Shown one piece after another: positions 26,508 through 35,550 of a DNA stretch of 52,813 nucleotides. Positions within the stretch are counted from its first letter, which is position 1. Each line of letters starts with the position of its first letter. The position numbers were made by a program, and so were the translations under genes. A model generated the notes under the pieces. It was not told where the DNA came from. It saw only the letters and a program-made list of their open reading frames with translations, and did no database searches. The stretch is taken from IMG/VR virus record IMGVR_UViG_3300025291_000002. One strand, given 5' to 3'. Source of the DNA: a virus.

Positions 26508-27254
26508 CTATGCGGCCTGGCGCTTCTTGGCCTCTTCCTCGCGGCGTTTGGCCTCGCGCGCCTTGCGCTTTTCGTTCTGTTTGATGGCCCAGTCGAAGTT
26601 GGTCAACTCGCTGTCGAAGAACTCTGCCATCGGCTTCGCATCCGGCTCCCTGTAGGCGGTGCGCTCGTCAATCGGCGCGTCGGCTGCGATGTTATCTGAA
26701 ACATGCCAAAAAACAGGGGGTAGAGGCAACACAGCAATTTCGCCGTTTTGACTATGCTGCGACGGCTCGCGCAACAGATGAGCCAATTCTTTTATCGCCT
26801 TGTCTTTTCTGCGTTGTCCGGTCATTTCGTGAATGCCTTCTGACTTGCACCACTTGGTGAATGGTTTCCCGCCGGCCTTGGCCCTTGCCCACGCCCACAG
26901 AGCGCGCCGGTTCTTCTCGACGCTGACCATGGCGATGAGGCTTAGGCGGCGTTCCCAGTCGCTGACGTCGGTCGCCTCAAGCTTCTGGTGGTCTGGGTCC
27001 CACATCGCCATGCGCTCTTCGATGTAGCGGCCAAGATCGCCGTCCTCCTGCTGGTCCCCGGTCTTCTTCCGGTTGGCGATACGTTCGCTCCGGGTCCGCC
27101 CGTTCACCGAGAACCAGCCGCGCATGTCTTCTGCGGTGTGATAGTACGGGATGTGCTGGGCTCGAAGCGGCTCGGGCCTTGCGAACTCTGCCGGCAAGCG
27201 CTTCTCGATCGTTGCACCCTTGATGAAGAGATCTATGATTTCTTCCTTGTTCAT
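26508..27254 (-). CDS. Hypothetical protein, candidate late-gene regulator (HTH-like segment, basic C-terminal tail)
   Basis: True start is ATG 27254 (MNKEEIIDLF), overlapping the upstream stop (ATGA). It is the last gene before the packaging module. The segment FTKWCKSEGIHEMTGQRRKDKAIKELA looks HTH-like. Confidence 0.4.
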   Translation of the reverse strand: MNKEEIIDLFIKGATIEKRLPAEFARPEPLRAQHIPYYHTAEDMRGWFSVNGRTRSERIANRKKTGDQQEDGDLGRYIEERMAMWDPDHQKLEATDVSDWERRLSLIAMVSVEKNRRALWAWARAKAGGKPFTKWCKSEGIHEMTGQRRKDKAIKELAHLLREPSQHSQNGEIAVLPLPPVFWHVSDNIAADAPIDERTAYREPDAKPMAEFFDSELTNFDWAIKQNEKRKAREAKRREEEAKKRQAA

Positions 27255-27721
27255 GCTGCTCCTCGTCGGTCGTCCAGAAGATCGGGCTGGACCGCCAGCG
27301 CTCCGAAGCGCCGCCGCATCCTCTCGTATATCATCCCCCCAAGGGCATGTCGTTTGGAGACCACTCCATCCAGGTCGAAAGCCCAGTATTGTAGATAGCC
27401 CAGCGGGATTTTGTCGAAGAAGTCGAACCATGCGGAGACATTGTTATCGACCAGTTCGGGGAAGTTCTTTGCCGCAGCTCGGGCCATGTCGCTCACAACC
27501 CACAGAGACGTCTCGTCAATGAACGCCTTGTTGTTTGCGGTCTCTGATAGCGTCATGACGACGAAGCGAGCGTGCGCCTCTCCATGGCGCTTTCTGATGC
27601 GGTCCAGCGTGGCTATTGCTCTTGTCTGTCCGATCGAGGGCATGACATGCGCCGGCACGACAGCGATGCCGTATTCAGCGAATATCGCGAGTGCCTCGGG
27701 ATGATCGGACATTGGCGTCAC
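27251..27721 (-). CDS. Hypothetical protein
   Basis: 156 aa, translationally coupled on both sides. Confidence 0.7.
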   Translation of the reverse strand: MTPMSDHPEALAIFAEYGIAVVPAHVMPSIGQTRAIATLDRIRKRHGEAHARFVVMTLSETANNKAFIDETSLWVVSDMARAAAKNFPELVDNNVSAWFDFFDKIPLGYLQYWAFDLDGVVSKRHALGGMIYERMRRRFGALAVQPDLLDDRRGAA

Positions 27722-27921
27722 GACAGCACCCCTCTCCTGAACGCGGCAGCGATGAGGGCCGTCTCCTTGTAGACCTCGAACTTGACCTTCAGCCGCTCTT
27801 TGATGCCGCTGGCCGTGTGATAGGAGATACCGAGAACGGCCGCGATCTCCGCCGAGGTCTTGCCGTCGGCTACCAGCGTGAGGACTTCTTTCTCGCGAGG
27901 GGAAATGGATACGGCGTTCAT
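27718..27921 (-). CDS. LuxR/GerE-type HTH transcriptional regulator (67 aa)
   Basis: SPREKEVLTLVADGKTSAEIAAVLGISYHTASGIKERLKVKF. ATG 27921 overlaps the upstream stop (ATGA). Confidence 0.8.
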   Translation of the reverse strand: MNAVSISPREKEVLTLVADGKTSAEIAAVLGISYHTASGIKERLKVKFEVYKETALIAAAFRRGVLS

Positions 27922-28385
27922 TCGAACCTCACACGGTAGGCCCGGCGGCTGTGGTGGGTGCAATAGGTGGCCTCGGTCGCCGCAGAGCAGAACTTGATCT
28001 CCTGCCCATCCATTAGCGGCCAGCGGCATTCGTGTTGGCCGATCTCCAGAAACGTCTTAGCCTTCAGCTTGCGCTCGTTATCGTAGGCGGTCGGGTAGAA
28101 CTCGATCCGCTCGTCTCCCTGGTTCATGCCTTGCACGGCTTCTTTCTTCGCCCGCCTGACGCGCTGGATATTCACGCGGCGGGACGATCGAGCCGGAGCG
28201 CCGTTGCTGTAGCTCTCGACCGTCAGGCCTCCTTTCCTCTTCGGGAAGAGTCCACGGTTGCGGTTCATGAAGCCCGCGATCGACTGACGGCTGACGCCAT
28301 ACATGTTGGCAATCTCGGTTATCGATTTGCCGGATTTCCAAAGCTCGGATGCTTCCGAGAGGTTTTGTCTGACGATGGCGTTCAT
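27918..28385 (-). CDS. gcrA: GcrA-family cell-cycle-regulator-like protein
   Basis: N-terminal HTH (LWKSGKSITEIANMYGVSRQSIAGFMNR) and a C-terminal signature (CRWPLMDGQEIKFCSAATEATYCTHHSRRAY) that matches the C.WP...FC...YC..H...AY pattern of GcrA. Confidence 0.8.
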   Translation of the reverse strand: MNAIVRQNLSEASELWKSGKSITEIANMYGVSRQSIAGFMNRNRGLFPKRKGGLTVESYSNGAPARSSRRVNIQRVRRAKKEAVQGMNQGDERIEFYPTAYDNERKLKAKTFLEIGQHECRWPLMDGQEIKFCSAATEATYCTHHSRRAYRVRFE

Positions 28386-28684
28386 GCTGCTTTTCCCTTG
28401 CTTTCAACTTCGATCACCTTGCCTCCTCCTCGGAAGAGCTTATGAGCCTGAGCCTTGGCGAGCGCCTTCTTGCTGGTCGGGCCGGTGATCGCCTCGGATA
28501 CGATCGGGCTGTTCATCTGGCGGAGGAACTCGTTCTTTGCCGCGGCCTCTGCTTCGGCTTCCGACGGGAAGATGATGTCGTCCCGGCCGTGGCGGAGGGT
28601 GCGGTTCTCGCCGTGGTGATATAATCTTATCCAGGCGATGAAGCCGGTTGGGCGCTTTAGGGTGCCGAAGCCACAGTGGTTCAC
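28382..28684 (-). CDS. Hypothetical protein (about 100 aa)
   Basis: GTG 28684 overlaps the DnaB stop (GTGA). The ORF-track start at 28837 lies inside dnaB. Confidence 0.55.
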   Translation of the reverse strand: MNHCGFGTLKRPTGFIAWIRLYHHGENRTLRHGRDDIIFPSEAEAEAAAKNEFLRQMNSPIVSEAITGPTSKKALAKAQAHKLFRGGGKVIEVESKGKAA

Positions 28685-30192
28685 AGGAAGCTCCCTTGCT
28701 GGTTTTGGTGAAGATCGGTGAACATGGTTCGCGGCCCGTCCCATCCGACGGACTTGCGTTGCGGCCAGCGGGTGTGACGCGACAGGGCGAGCACAATCTC
28801 TGCCTTGTTGCGCACGTCGCCCATAACCTCTTCCCATACGACGTGGAGGTCATCGATCTCGGCGGGCTCGTTTTCATCCATGACGGCCTCCGCACGGAAC
28901 GGCGTGATGACGTGGTCCGCGTCCTTCTCGCAGGAACCGAACAAGTCGGCAGCCTTCGGGCGCCGGCCGATCACCTTCATGAAGGTCTTGCGGTTGATGG
29001 TCCGATCGGTGATTTCGAAGATGTTCTTCTTGAGCTGCGCTGCCGCGACGATCGGGAGCTTGTAGTTCCCGGCGAAGACCTTCAGCTTGCGGGTGACGAT
29101 CGAGGAGAACTCGGCGTCGTTCGTCCTGGCGTGGGTGCTGTCTTTTTCAACGAGGCCGACGTGGTCGACGACAGCCATGCCGCCAGGATTGCGTTTGGAG
29201 AAGTCGGCAAGGTCGCGATCGATCTGCCGGAGCGTCATCGTGTCATCGCGGATGAATACCCGATCCTGCCAGGTTTCGGCATTGCGGCGCGCTGTCTCAA
29301 GCCTCTCGTAATCATGGTCGCTGACTTTTCCGCGAACCTGCTGCCAGGCTTTGATATCGGTGAGACGGGCAAGCGCTCGGCGGGCGAGCTCCTCATCCTT
29401 CATTTCACCGGAGTTGATCCAGACCGGGTGTCCGTTGATCGCGGCGCCGGCAACCATCTGCTCGATCAGCGAAGACTTGCCGTGCTTGGTCATGCCGCCG
29501 ATGATGACCTCTTGGCCCGGCAACAGCGGGCCGATCATCTGCATCAGGAAGGGAACGCCATAGTCGACGCCTGACAGGCCTTTGCCCTGGTAGGCCAGCG
29601 CGGTCGACGCAAGCGAGCGCTTCGACGCCTGAGCCAGCGTCTTTGTCTTCTCCTCACCACTCAGCGCACGGCTTACAGCTTCGAACTTCGCCCGCAGAGC
29701 GTCGAACTCGTCCATGATGTCGAGCTCTTTGGAATAGGCCGTCTGCTCCATCTTCTGGCTGAGAGTGAGGCAGGCACGGCGCGCAGCTGTCTCAATGATG
29801 GCGCGGGCATAGTCCGGCGCGTTCAGTACGCTGACGGCCGCCTGTACGAGCTTGGCGAGGTATTGGGCCATGGTGAGATCGCCCACCATGCCATCGTTGA
29901 CGAAGTTCTTGACGGTGACAGGATTTGCCACCCTGCCGGCGCGACGGAGGTCAACAGCTGCATCGAATATCTGGCGGTGGACCGGCTCATAAAAGTGGTC
30001 CGGCTCGATCGGTACGCGTAGAGCGTCGAGCGCCTCGTTATTCATGAGGATGGCGCCGAGCAGCGCCTGCTCTGCGAGGATGTTACAGGGAACCTCCTGC
30101 ACTTCCTCTGCGTGGCCGAAGTGAAGCGCGCGCTCCTCTTCGGTGAACTCGTCCTGCTTGCGCTTGTGGAGATCGGATGGATGAGCGTTCAT
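28681..30192 (-). CDS. dnaB: Replicative DNA helicase DnaB
   Basis: 503 aa with the N-terminal motif AEQALLGAILMNNEALD and Walker A GGMTKHGKSSL. Confidence 0.9.
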   Translation of the reverse strand: MNAHPSDLHKRKQDEFTEEERALHFGHAEEVQEVPCNILAEQALLGAILMNNEALDALRVPIEPDHFYEPVHRQIFDAAVDLRRAGRVANPVTVKNFVNDGMVGDLTMAQYLAKLVQAAVSVLNAPDYARAIIETAARRACLTLSQKMEQTAYSKELDIMDEFDALRAKFEAVSRALSGEEKTKTLAQASKRSLASTALAYQGKGLSGVDYGVPFLMQMIGPLLPGQEVIIGGMTKHGKSSLIEQMVAGAAINGHPVWINSGEMKDEELARRALARLTDIKAWQQVRGKVSDHDYERLETARRNAETWQDRVFIRDDTMTLRQIDRDLADFSKRNPGGMAVVDHVGLVEKDSTHARTNDAEFSSIVTRKLKVFAGNYKLPIVAAAQLKKNIFEITDRTINRKTFMKVIGRRPKAADLFGSCEKDADHVITPFRAEAVMDENEPAEIDDLHVVWEEVMGDVRNKAEIVLALSRHTRWPQRKSVGWDGPRTMFTDLHQNQQGSFL

Positions 30193-31514
30193 GCTGCACC
30201 ATCCATCGCAAACAGGTTGACGGTCTTTGCCTCATCTAGCTCCGCAATGTTGCGTACAGCCTGGCGGAAGTAGGACGGCTTAAGCTCGAAACCTATACCC
30301 TTGCGGCCAGCAGCCACCGCGCCGTAGACCTCGCTTCCGATACCGAGGAACGGCGTGAGCACCACGTCACCCGGGTTGCTCCAAAGTTCGATGCATCGTT
30401 CGATCACATCCAATTGTAGCGGGGAAATATGCTGCTCGTCTTTTTCGTCTCGGCCAGCGCGATACTGCAGGGTTCTGGTCTGGTTGATGTCCATCCAGAC
30501 CGGAGAGGCGTAACGCTGCCAAACCTCGATCGAGAACCACTTTTCAGCGTCAGCGGACGATTTTCCCGATGCGATGCGGCTGTCTACGCTAGCAGGCTCG
30601 TTGCCATAGCCGACGTAGCGGTCGAACATGCCGTCGACCGGCTCGGGATTATCACCTGGCTTGCGGAACATGAGCATGTAATCGGCGAGCCCCTGCCCGC
30701 TGATGGTGCTGTCTTTGGTGATCTGCTTGTGTAGCAGCCTTATCGACTTGGTGCGCTGCTGCGCGACTACCGGGTCTTTCCAGATGCAGACCTCGGAATG
30801 GAATATCCAACCGGCGTCCTCGTAGGCTCTGACGACCTCGCCGCGAAAGTCGCGCATGCCGATGTGGCCGTGGCGTATCTTGCTGGTCGGCAACTGCATG
30901 CAGTGGACGCTGCAAATTCTGCCGGGCATGGTAACCCTGAGCAGTTCCTGAATGAGGAACTGGTAATGCGCCCAAAACCCATCCTTCTCATTGTTAGAGA
31001 TGTCTCGGTCCGAGTTGGAGAATTTATAAAGCCCCTCAAAGGGAGGAGAATGGATACCAAAGTGAATGCTGTTGGTCGGTATCGCTCGGATCAACTCAAT
31101 GGAGTCGCCTTCATAGATTGCATATCTGTCCGTCACGACTTGGTTGACGCACTTGATGTCCGATATCACCGATCGTTTCCTTCCAAGATATTTGATGGCT
31201 GTCTCTAAAATCTCTGTTTTGTCCTTAGCCATGCCGAGCATGTTGTTGCAGTGCTGGCACAGGACGCCGCGAATGTTCCCGGTCTCGTGACAGTGATCGA
31301 CGTGCCACCCGCTTGACGTCGCGGGTTTAGATGTCTGGCAGATCGCACACTTGCCGCCCTGCATTGACAGGATTGTTGCCTTGCCTTCCACGGTGATGCC
31401 GTATCTCTGCTTGATAAGGCTGCGCCGGTTGCCTTCGCGGCGAGCGTCCGGATTTGCCGCATATCTAGCTCTTGCCATGGCGTTCTTGTGCGCCCGCTTT
31501 TCATCGCTCATCAC
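30189..31514 (-). CDS. Fusion protein: N-terminal endonuclease VII-type (HNH-like) domain plus beta-class N6A/N4C DNA methyltransferase
   Basis: CAICQT...HVDHCHETGNIRGVLCQHCNNMLGMA (EndoVII signature) is followed by motif IV HSPPF and, later, motif I VLTPFLGIGSEV, all in one uninterrupted 441-aa frame. Confidence 0.8.
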   Translation of the reverse strand: MMSDEKRAHKNAMARARYAANPDARREGNRRSLIKQRYGITVEGKATILSMQGGKCAICQTSKPATSSGWHVDHCHETGNIRGVLCQHCNNMLGMAKDKTEILETAIKYLGRKRSVISDIKCVNQVVTDRYAIYEGDSIELIRAIPTNSIHFGIHSPPFEGLYKFSNSDRDISNNEKDGFWAHYQFLIQELLRVTMPGRICSVHCMQLPTSKIRHGHIGMRDFRGEVVRAYEDAGWIFHSEVCIWKDPVVAQQRTKSIRLLHKQITKDSTISGQGLADYMLMFRKPGDNPEPVDGMFDRYVGYGNEPASVDSRIASGKSSADAEKWFSIEVWQRYASPVWMDINQTRTLQYRAGRDEKDEQHISPLQLDVIERCIELWSNPGDVVLTPFLGIGSEVYGAVAAGRKGIGFELKPSYFRQAVRNIAELDEAKTVNLFAMDGAA

Positions 31515-32893
31515 GCCGCCTCCAGAAATTCTGGCAGGCGCAACGGAATTTGAGGATCGTAGTCAGGTCGGTCGCGGATCATGCCGCGGACCTCTTGGCT
31601 CGACAGGTCGGCCATGTGCATCACCATCGCGGCGGCCATCCGCTCGGCGTCGTGGTCCTTGCGGCGAATGTTGGCGACGGTGGCGCCTTCCATTTCGGAT
31701 GCGATGATATGGGCGTTGACAGGCTTGGTCTGGCCGAAGCGCCAGAAGCGGCGGACAGCCTGATACAGCTGCTCATAGCTGTCATTGAGGCCAACGAAGC
31801 CGGTATCGGCGCAGTGCTGCCAGTTCATGCCGAACCCGGCCAGTGATGCCTTAGTGATCAGCTTCTCGATCTTGCCATCGCTGAAATCGAGGAGGATGCG
31901 CTCTTTCTCGCTATCCTTGAGACCGCCGTGGAGATTGACCGCGCCGGGGATTGCCTTGGTGAGGGCTTCTGCCTCGCTATTGAGGTTGCACCACCATACG
32001 AAAGGCTTACCTGCCGGCGTCAATGATGCAGCGAGATCGACGCGCTCCTCGACGCTATCGCGCCGCGCCGCTATACGCTCCTGCATCGTCCTGGCTTCCA
32101 TCGGGAACAACAGGCCAGTGTCCATGCTCGGGGCGTAGTCAACACTGACTGTATGCTGGTGATAGCGAAGCGGCGGCAGGTCGTAGCCAGTATTGTCGTA
32201 GCCGAGATCGGAAGGCATACGAAGCATGACGGCCCACGATGCCATCCACTTCCAGAACTCGGACTCGGCGTGGCCTTTCAGTCGCCACTTCTGCGTATCG
32301 CCGCCGTCATGGGTGAAGAAAGTCGAGAGCATGTCGGTGTAGGACATGACGCCCAGGAATTCAGCGTGGTTGCCGAGCTCCATGAAATCGTTCGGTGCGG
32401 GTGTAGCAGTCGCAGCGAGGCGGAACGGGACCGACGCGCACTCCTCGATCAGTTGGTTTCGGTATTTGCCATCGGTGTTCTTGAGGATCGAGCTTTCATC
32501 GAGAGCGACCCCGCCAAACTCTGAAAGATCAAACCGATCGAACTTCTGATAGTTGGTGATATCGATCGTCTCGTTCGAAGGAGACGAAACAACCGTGGCC
32601 GATATGCCGAACTTGTTGCCTTCGCGAACGTGCTGATGGCTGACGGCGAGAGGTGCCAGGATCAGAACCGGCCGGCGCGTCTCCTGCGCTACCTCCTTGG
32701 CCCAGACGAGCTCCATAAGCGTCTTGCCAAGCCCTGTGCCGGCGAAGATCGCCGATCGGCCGCGACGAAGCGCCCATGCAGTGATGTCGGTCTGGTGAGG
32801 CTTGAGGTACTCGGGTAGCACGAGACGCCGCGTGATGCCGGTCGACGGGTCTGTGATCTGCTTTCGGGCGAGGAATGCATCATAGGCGTTCAT
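31511..32893 (-). CDS. SF2 (SNF2/DEAD-like) helicase
   Basis: Motif I AGTGLGKT and motif II LDESS. ATG 32893 overlaps the upstream stop (ATGA). Confidence 0.75.
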   Translation of the reverse strand: MNAYDAFLARKQITDPSTGITRRLVLPEYLKPHQTDITAWALRRGRSAIFAGTGLGKTLMELVWAKEVAQETRRPVLILAPLAVSHQHVREGNKFGISATVVSSPSNETIDITNYQKFDRFDLSEFGGVALDESSILKNTDGKYRNQLIEECASVPFRLAATATPAPNDFMELGNHAEFLGVMSYTDMLSTFFTHDGGDTQKWRLKGHAESEFWKWMASWAVMLRMPSDLGYDNTGYDLPPLRYHQHTVSVDYAPSMDTGLLFPMEARTMQERIAARRDSVEERVDLAASLTPAGKPFVWWCNLNSEAEALTKAIPGAVNLHGGLKDSEKERILLDFSDGKIEKLITKASLAGFGMNWQHCADTGFVGLNDSYEQLYQAVRRFWRFGQTKPVNAHIIASEMEGATVANIRRKDHDAERMAAAMVMHMADLSSQEVRGMIRDRPDYDPQIPLRLPEFLEAA

Positions 32894-33513
32894 GCTGCAG
32901 CCTTCCGCTTTGCATCGAACGCACCGGTGCGCAGTTCCATGAACCGCTCCTGCATCCATTTGATCTCAGGGATGGCGCATTGAGCCCAGCAAGTGCAGAC
33001 GCCGATCGCCTCGGCCGCGTCACGCTGTTCAGCCTTGGTGGATGGCAGAGCGATGTGCTCGCGCTCGGCATATTCGATGGCGAGGTCTTTCCAGTCCTTG
33101 CCTTCAGCCGGCTTGACGCCTTTGCCGAAGTAGACGGGACGCCACGATACGGCGGCAATGGTGCCGTACGGGATGCCGCGGATCTGGCAAATGGCGATGC
33201 AGGCGCCGGCGATGCCGGTAAGCTGCAGGGCGGCCGGGTTGATGGTGGAGATTGTCTCCTCCTGCCCGGTGAGGTCGGCTTTGCCCTTCTTCTTGAACTG
33301 GCGAACACCATGCTCGGGGCGCTCGATCGCGACGAAGTCGGGCTTGTGCTCCTTCACGAGGCGATAGAAGAGATTGGCCGCAATCGCGTACTTTTCTTCC
33401 CAGTCATAATCCTTGACGGTGAAGGTGCCGCAGAGGATCGAGGACCGATGTCTCGCGCTGTCGCGTACAGCCCAACCGCTGCGGGTGGCAAGGTCTAAGC
33501 CCATTACAATCAC
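32890..33513 (-). CDS. RuvC-like Holliday junction resolvase
   Basis: N-terminal GLDLATRSGWA and a later FVAIERPE, resembling the RuvC-fold acidic residues. Confidence 0.6.
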   Translation of the reverse strand: MIVMGLDLATRSGWAVRDSARHRSSILCGTFTVKDYDWEEKYAIAANLFYRLVKEHKPDFVAIERPEHGVRQFKKKGKADLTGQEETISTINPAALQLTGIAGACIAICQIRGIPYGTIAAVSWRPVYFGKGVKPAEGKDWKDLAIEYAEREHIALPSTKAEQRDAAEAIGVCTCWAQCAIPEIKWMQERFMELRTGAFDAKRKAAA

Positions 33514-33534
33514 GGTAACCTCCGTAGGCGTTGG

Positions 33535-33599
33535 AAAAGAAAGGCCACATTCGCGTGGCTTAGGTGGGCGGCTCAGCTCTGGGAGGACAGCGAGCCGCC
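33535..33599 (-). terminator. Tandem hairpins plus T-tract inside the early operon
   Basis: GGCGGCTC-N17-GAGCCGCC (33567..33599), then GCCAC-N6-GTGGC (33545..33559), followed on the minus strand by CTTTCTTTTCC. Confidence 0.5.
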
Positions 33600-33612
33600 T
33601 GGGAGGAACTGG

Positions 33613-34149
33613 TCAGTCGTCTTCGCCCTCGGGAGGCGCTTCCTTGTCGGCTTCCGCGTTGATGCGGGCCATGATGTCGGGGATGACGGTGTCGTATTCT
33701 TTTCGTCCGGCATCGTAGGACTCGAGCCACGCCTTATCCTCGGTGCTGCCGGCGGCATATTTCGAGACACGGTCAAGACCGTTGACGCCTGCATGGAAGC
33801 CCTGGGCGGCGATCAGCTGCTCCTTGGAAGCGCGGTCGGCGAGAAGATCGCCTTGTGGGTCTTCATGGATGAGACCGAGCCAGATCAGGTTCTCGCGCTC
33901 GGACCGGTGCTTGTCGACCGGCTTCTGCTGGTCTTCCGCCTGGAAGGATTTGAGATAGTGGTCCAGCTTCTGCGAGGGGAAGCCTGCTGCCTTGGCGTTC
34001 TGCCGGTTCGACTTCTTCTGCTCATTGAGCTCGCGGATCTTCGCCGCAAGCTCCCTGTCCTTCCGGTGATAATAGGAGAAGGAGACGCGCCGTTCGCGGT
34101 CCGCCTTACTGTTGTCGCCGACTGTCGCTGCTGCTGCCATTGCCATCAC
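33613..34149 (-). CDS. Hypothetical protein
   Basis: 178 aa, charged and helical, coupled to the upstream gene. Confidence 0.7.
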   Translation of the reverse strand: MMAMAAAATVGDNSKADRERRVSFSYYHRKDRELAAKIRELNEQKKSNRQNAKAAGFPSQKLDHYLKSFQAEDQQKPVDKHRSERENLIWLGLIHEDPQGDLLADRASKEQLIAAQGFHAGVNGLDRVSKYAAGSTEDKAWLESYDAGRKEYDTVIPDIMARINAEADKEAPPEGEDD

Positions 34150-34559
34150 CTTCCTTTTGCTTGCCTGACCTTTTCAGCCAGAGCTTCCACCTCGCGGCCA
34201 AGATCTTCCAAAGAAGCATCGCCGATCCTCGCTTTCTCGATCTCCAGTTCGTGCTGTAGTGCCGCTATCTGCCGCGCGCAGAGATCAAGGTACGCGGCGC
34301 GAATCCTCCCGAAGACGGCGATCCCTGGGTCGCGCGTCTCACCATTCAAAAGCCTGCGCAGAGAACGGGCGGTCATGCCGCAACGGCGCCCTACCCTTTC
34401 CAGCGCGTTCATCTGGTCCCCGTTTCCGCGGGATTCTCTCTCGACCATCCGGCGCGCGTACTGCGCAGCCAGATCGGGAGTAAAAGCGTCTACAGAACTC
34501 ATTGTTTTCGCCTTGTTTTCGGATTTTCTAATTGTCAGTTTAGGGTTGAAGTTTTCCAT
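34146..34559 (-). CDS. Hypothetical protein
   Basis: 137 aa. The start is uncertain (alternative MSSVDAF). Confidence 0.65.
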   Translation of the reverse strand: MENFNPKLTIRKSENKAKTMSSVDAFTPDLAAQYARRMVERESRGNGDQMNALERVGRRCGMTARSLRRLLNGETRDPGIAVFGRIRAAYLDLCARQIAALQHELEIEKARIGDASLEDLGREVEALAEKVRQAKGR

Positions 34560-34615
34560 TCGAGACCGCCTGCCCTGGCTATGTTGCTATTCGTCGGGCA
34601 GGCGGTGTCAGATGG

Positions 34616-34813
34616 TTATGCGTTCCCGCCTCTCGACGGGTTGTGATGAGCCTGAAAGCTGAGCGTGGAACCTTGAGCTCGCAGGCGAGTGTAATGAAAC
34701 GAAGCATCTTCCCCGGACTGGGGAAGGATCGGCGCTGTGGATCGAAAATGATCGAGAAGCGCAGTGACAGCGCAGGTGAAGAACATGCCGATGATGAAAC
34801 CGACGGCGAGCAT
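34616..34813 (-). CDS. Small membrane protein (one N-terminal TM helix), hypothetical
   Basis: 65 aa. The ATG directly follows the upstream TAA. The N-terminal 23 codons look coding; the rest is less convincing. Confidence 0.45.
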   Translation of the reverse strand: MLAVGFIIGMFFTCAVTALLDHFRSTAPILPQSGEDASFHYTRLRAQGSTLSFQAHHNPSRGGNA

Positions 34814-35122
34814 TTACGCGGCCTCCACGGTGGAGATTGCCCGACGACCTTCGGCGGAGCGCTTAACGAGTCCTCGCTTCTGGAGGCTGGCAACCATCAA
34901 GCTGACGTTGCCACGAGACGCCAACCCCATGCGTTCAGCGATTTCCGCGAGCGTGGGCGCATAGTCGTTCTCGGCGACAAAGGTCTTGATGACCTCGAAG
35001 CATTCTCTCTGCCTACGCGGGAGAGTGGAGACGTTGGCAACGGAAAGCTGCCGGCGGATCTCCTCTGCCAGCGCCGGGTCTTCGCTGATCAGTTCGCGGG
35101 CTTTGGTGGTGAGGTCGGTCAT
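34814..35122 (-). CDS. Winged-helix regulator resembling the LexA N-terminal DNA-binding domain (no peptidase domain)
   Basis: LPRRQRECFEVIKTFVAENDYAPTLAEIAERMGLASRGNVSLMVASLQKRGLV. ATG 35122 overlaps the upstream stop (ATGA). Confidence 0.6.
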   Translation of the reverse strand: MTDLTTKARELISEDPALAEEIRRQLSVANVSTLPRRQRECFEVIKTFVAENDYAPTLAEIAERMGLASRGNVSLMVASLQKRGLVKRSAEGRRAISTVEAA

Positions 35123-35547
35123 GCCGCGTCTCGACGAGCAGATTTGTAAGAACGGAGTTCTCGAGCATGAGCACGGCACCCGAGGGCCATAGCCTCGTAT
35201 TCTTTTGCCCGTGCTTCGATTTCCTCGTCCGTCATCTGATCGACGGGAACGAGAACAATCTGATCATCCCGCATTACTGTGTAGGCGACCTGCAGGTGCT
35301 CGAACCCGTCGAGCGTCAGCTGCCGGTCTGTCTTCGGCTGTCCGTCGTACTTTCCGATGCACCGCTTCACGACGTCCTTCACGTGGGTGAAAGCGCAGAT
35401 GCGGTAAAATTCCGTGTCGGTGCCGGTGATCGCAGCTTTGCTCGATACGATCTCGTGCGTGAGCCAGTCGATGACGACGACATCACCGCGCGCAACTTTC
35501 TCGGCGATGAATTTCCTCACTTCCGGATAGATGCTGGATTCCTGCAT
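35119..35547 (-). CDS. Hypothetical protein
   Basis: 142 aa in the early operon. Confidence 0.7.
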   Translation of the reverse strand: MQESSIYPEVRKFIAEKVARGDVVVIDWLTHEIVSSKAAITGTDTEFYRICAFTHVKDVVKRCIGKYDGQPKTDRQLTLDGFEHLQVAYTVMRDDQIVLVPVDQMTDEEIEARAKEYEAMALGCRAHARELRSYKSARRDAA

Positions 35548-35550
35548 TTT

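Noticed and set aside
26486-26511. Inverted repeat ATAGAT-N14-ATCTAT at the end of the 248-aa gene
   Set aside because: It has only 6-bp AT-rich arms, overlaps the stop codon, and has no second copy or clear functional context. It is probably a chance occurrence.
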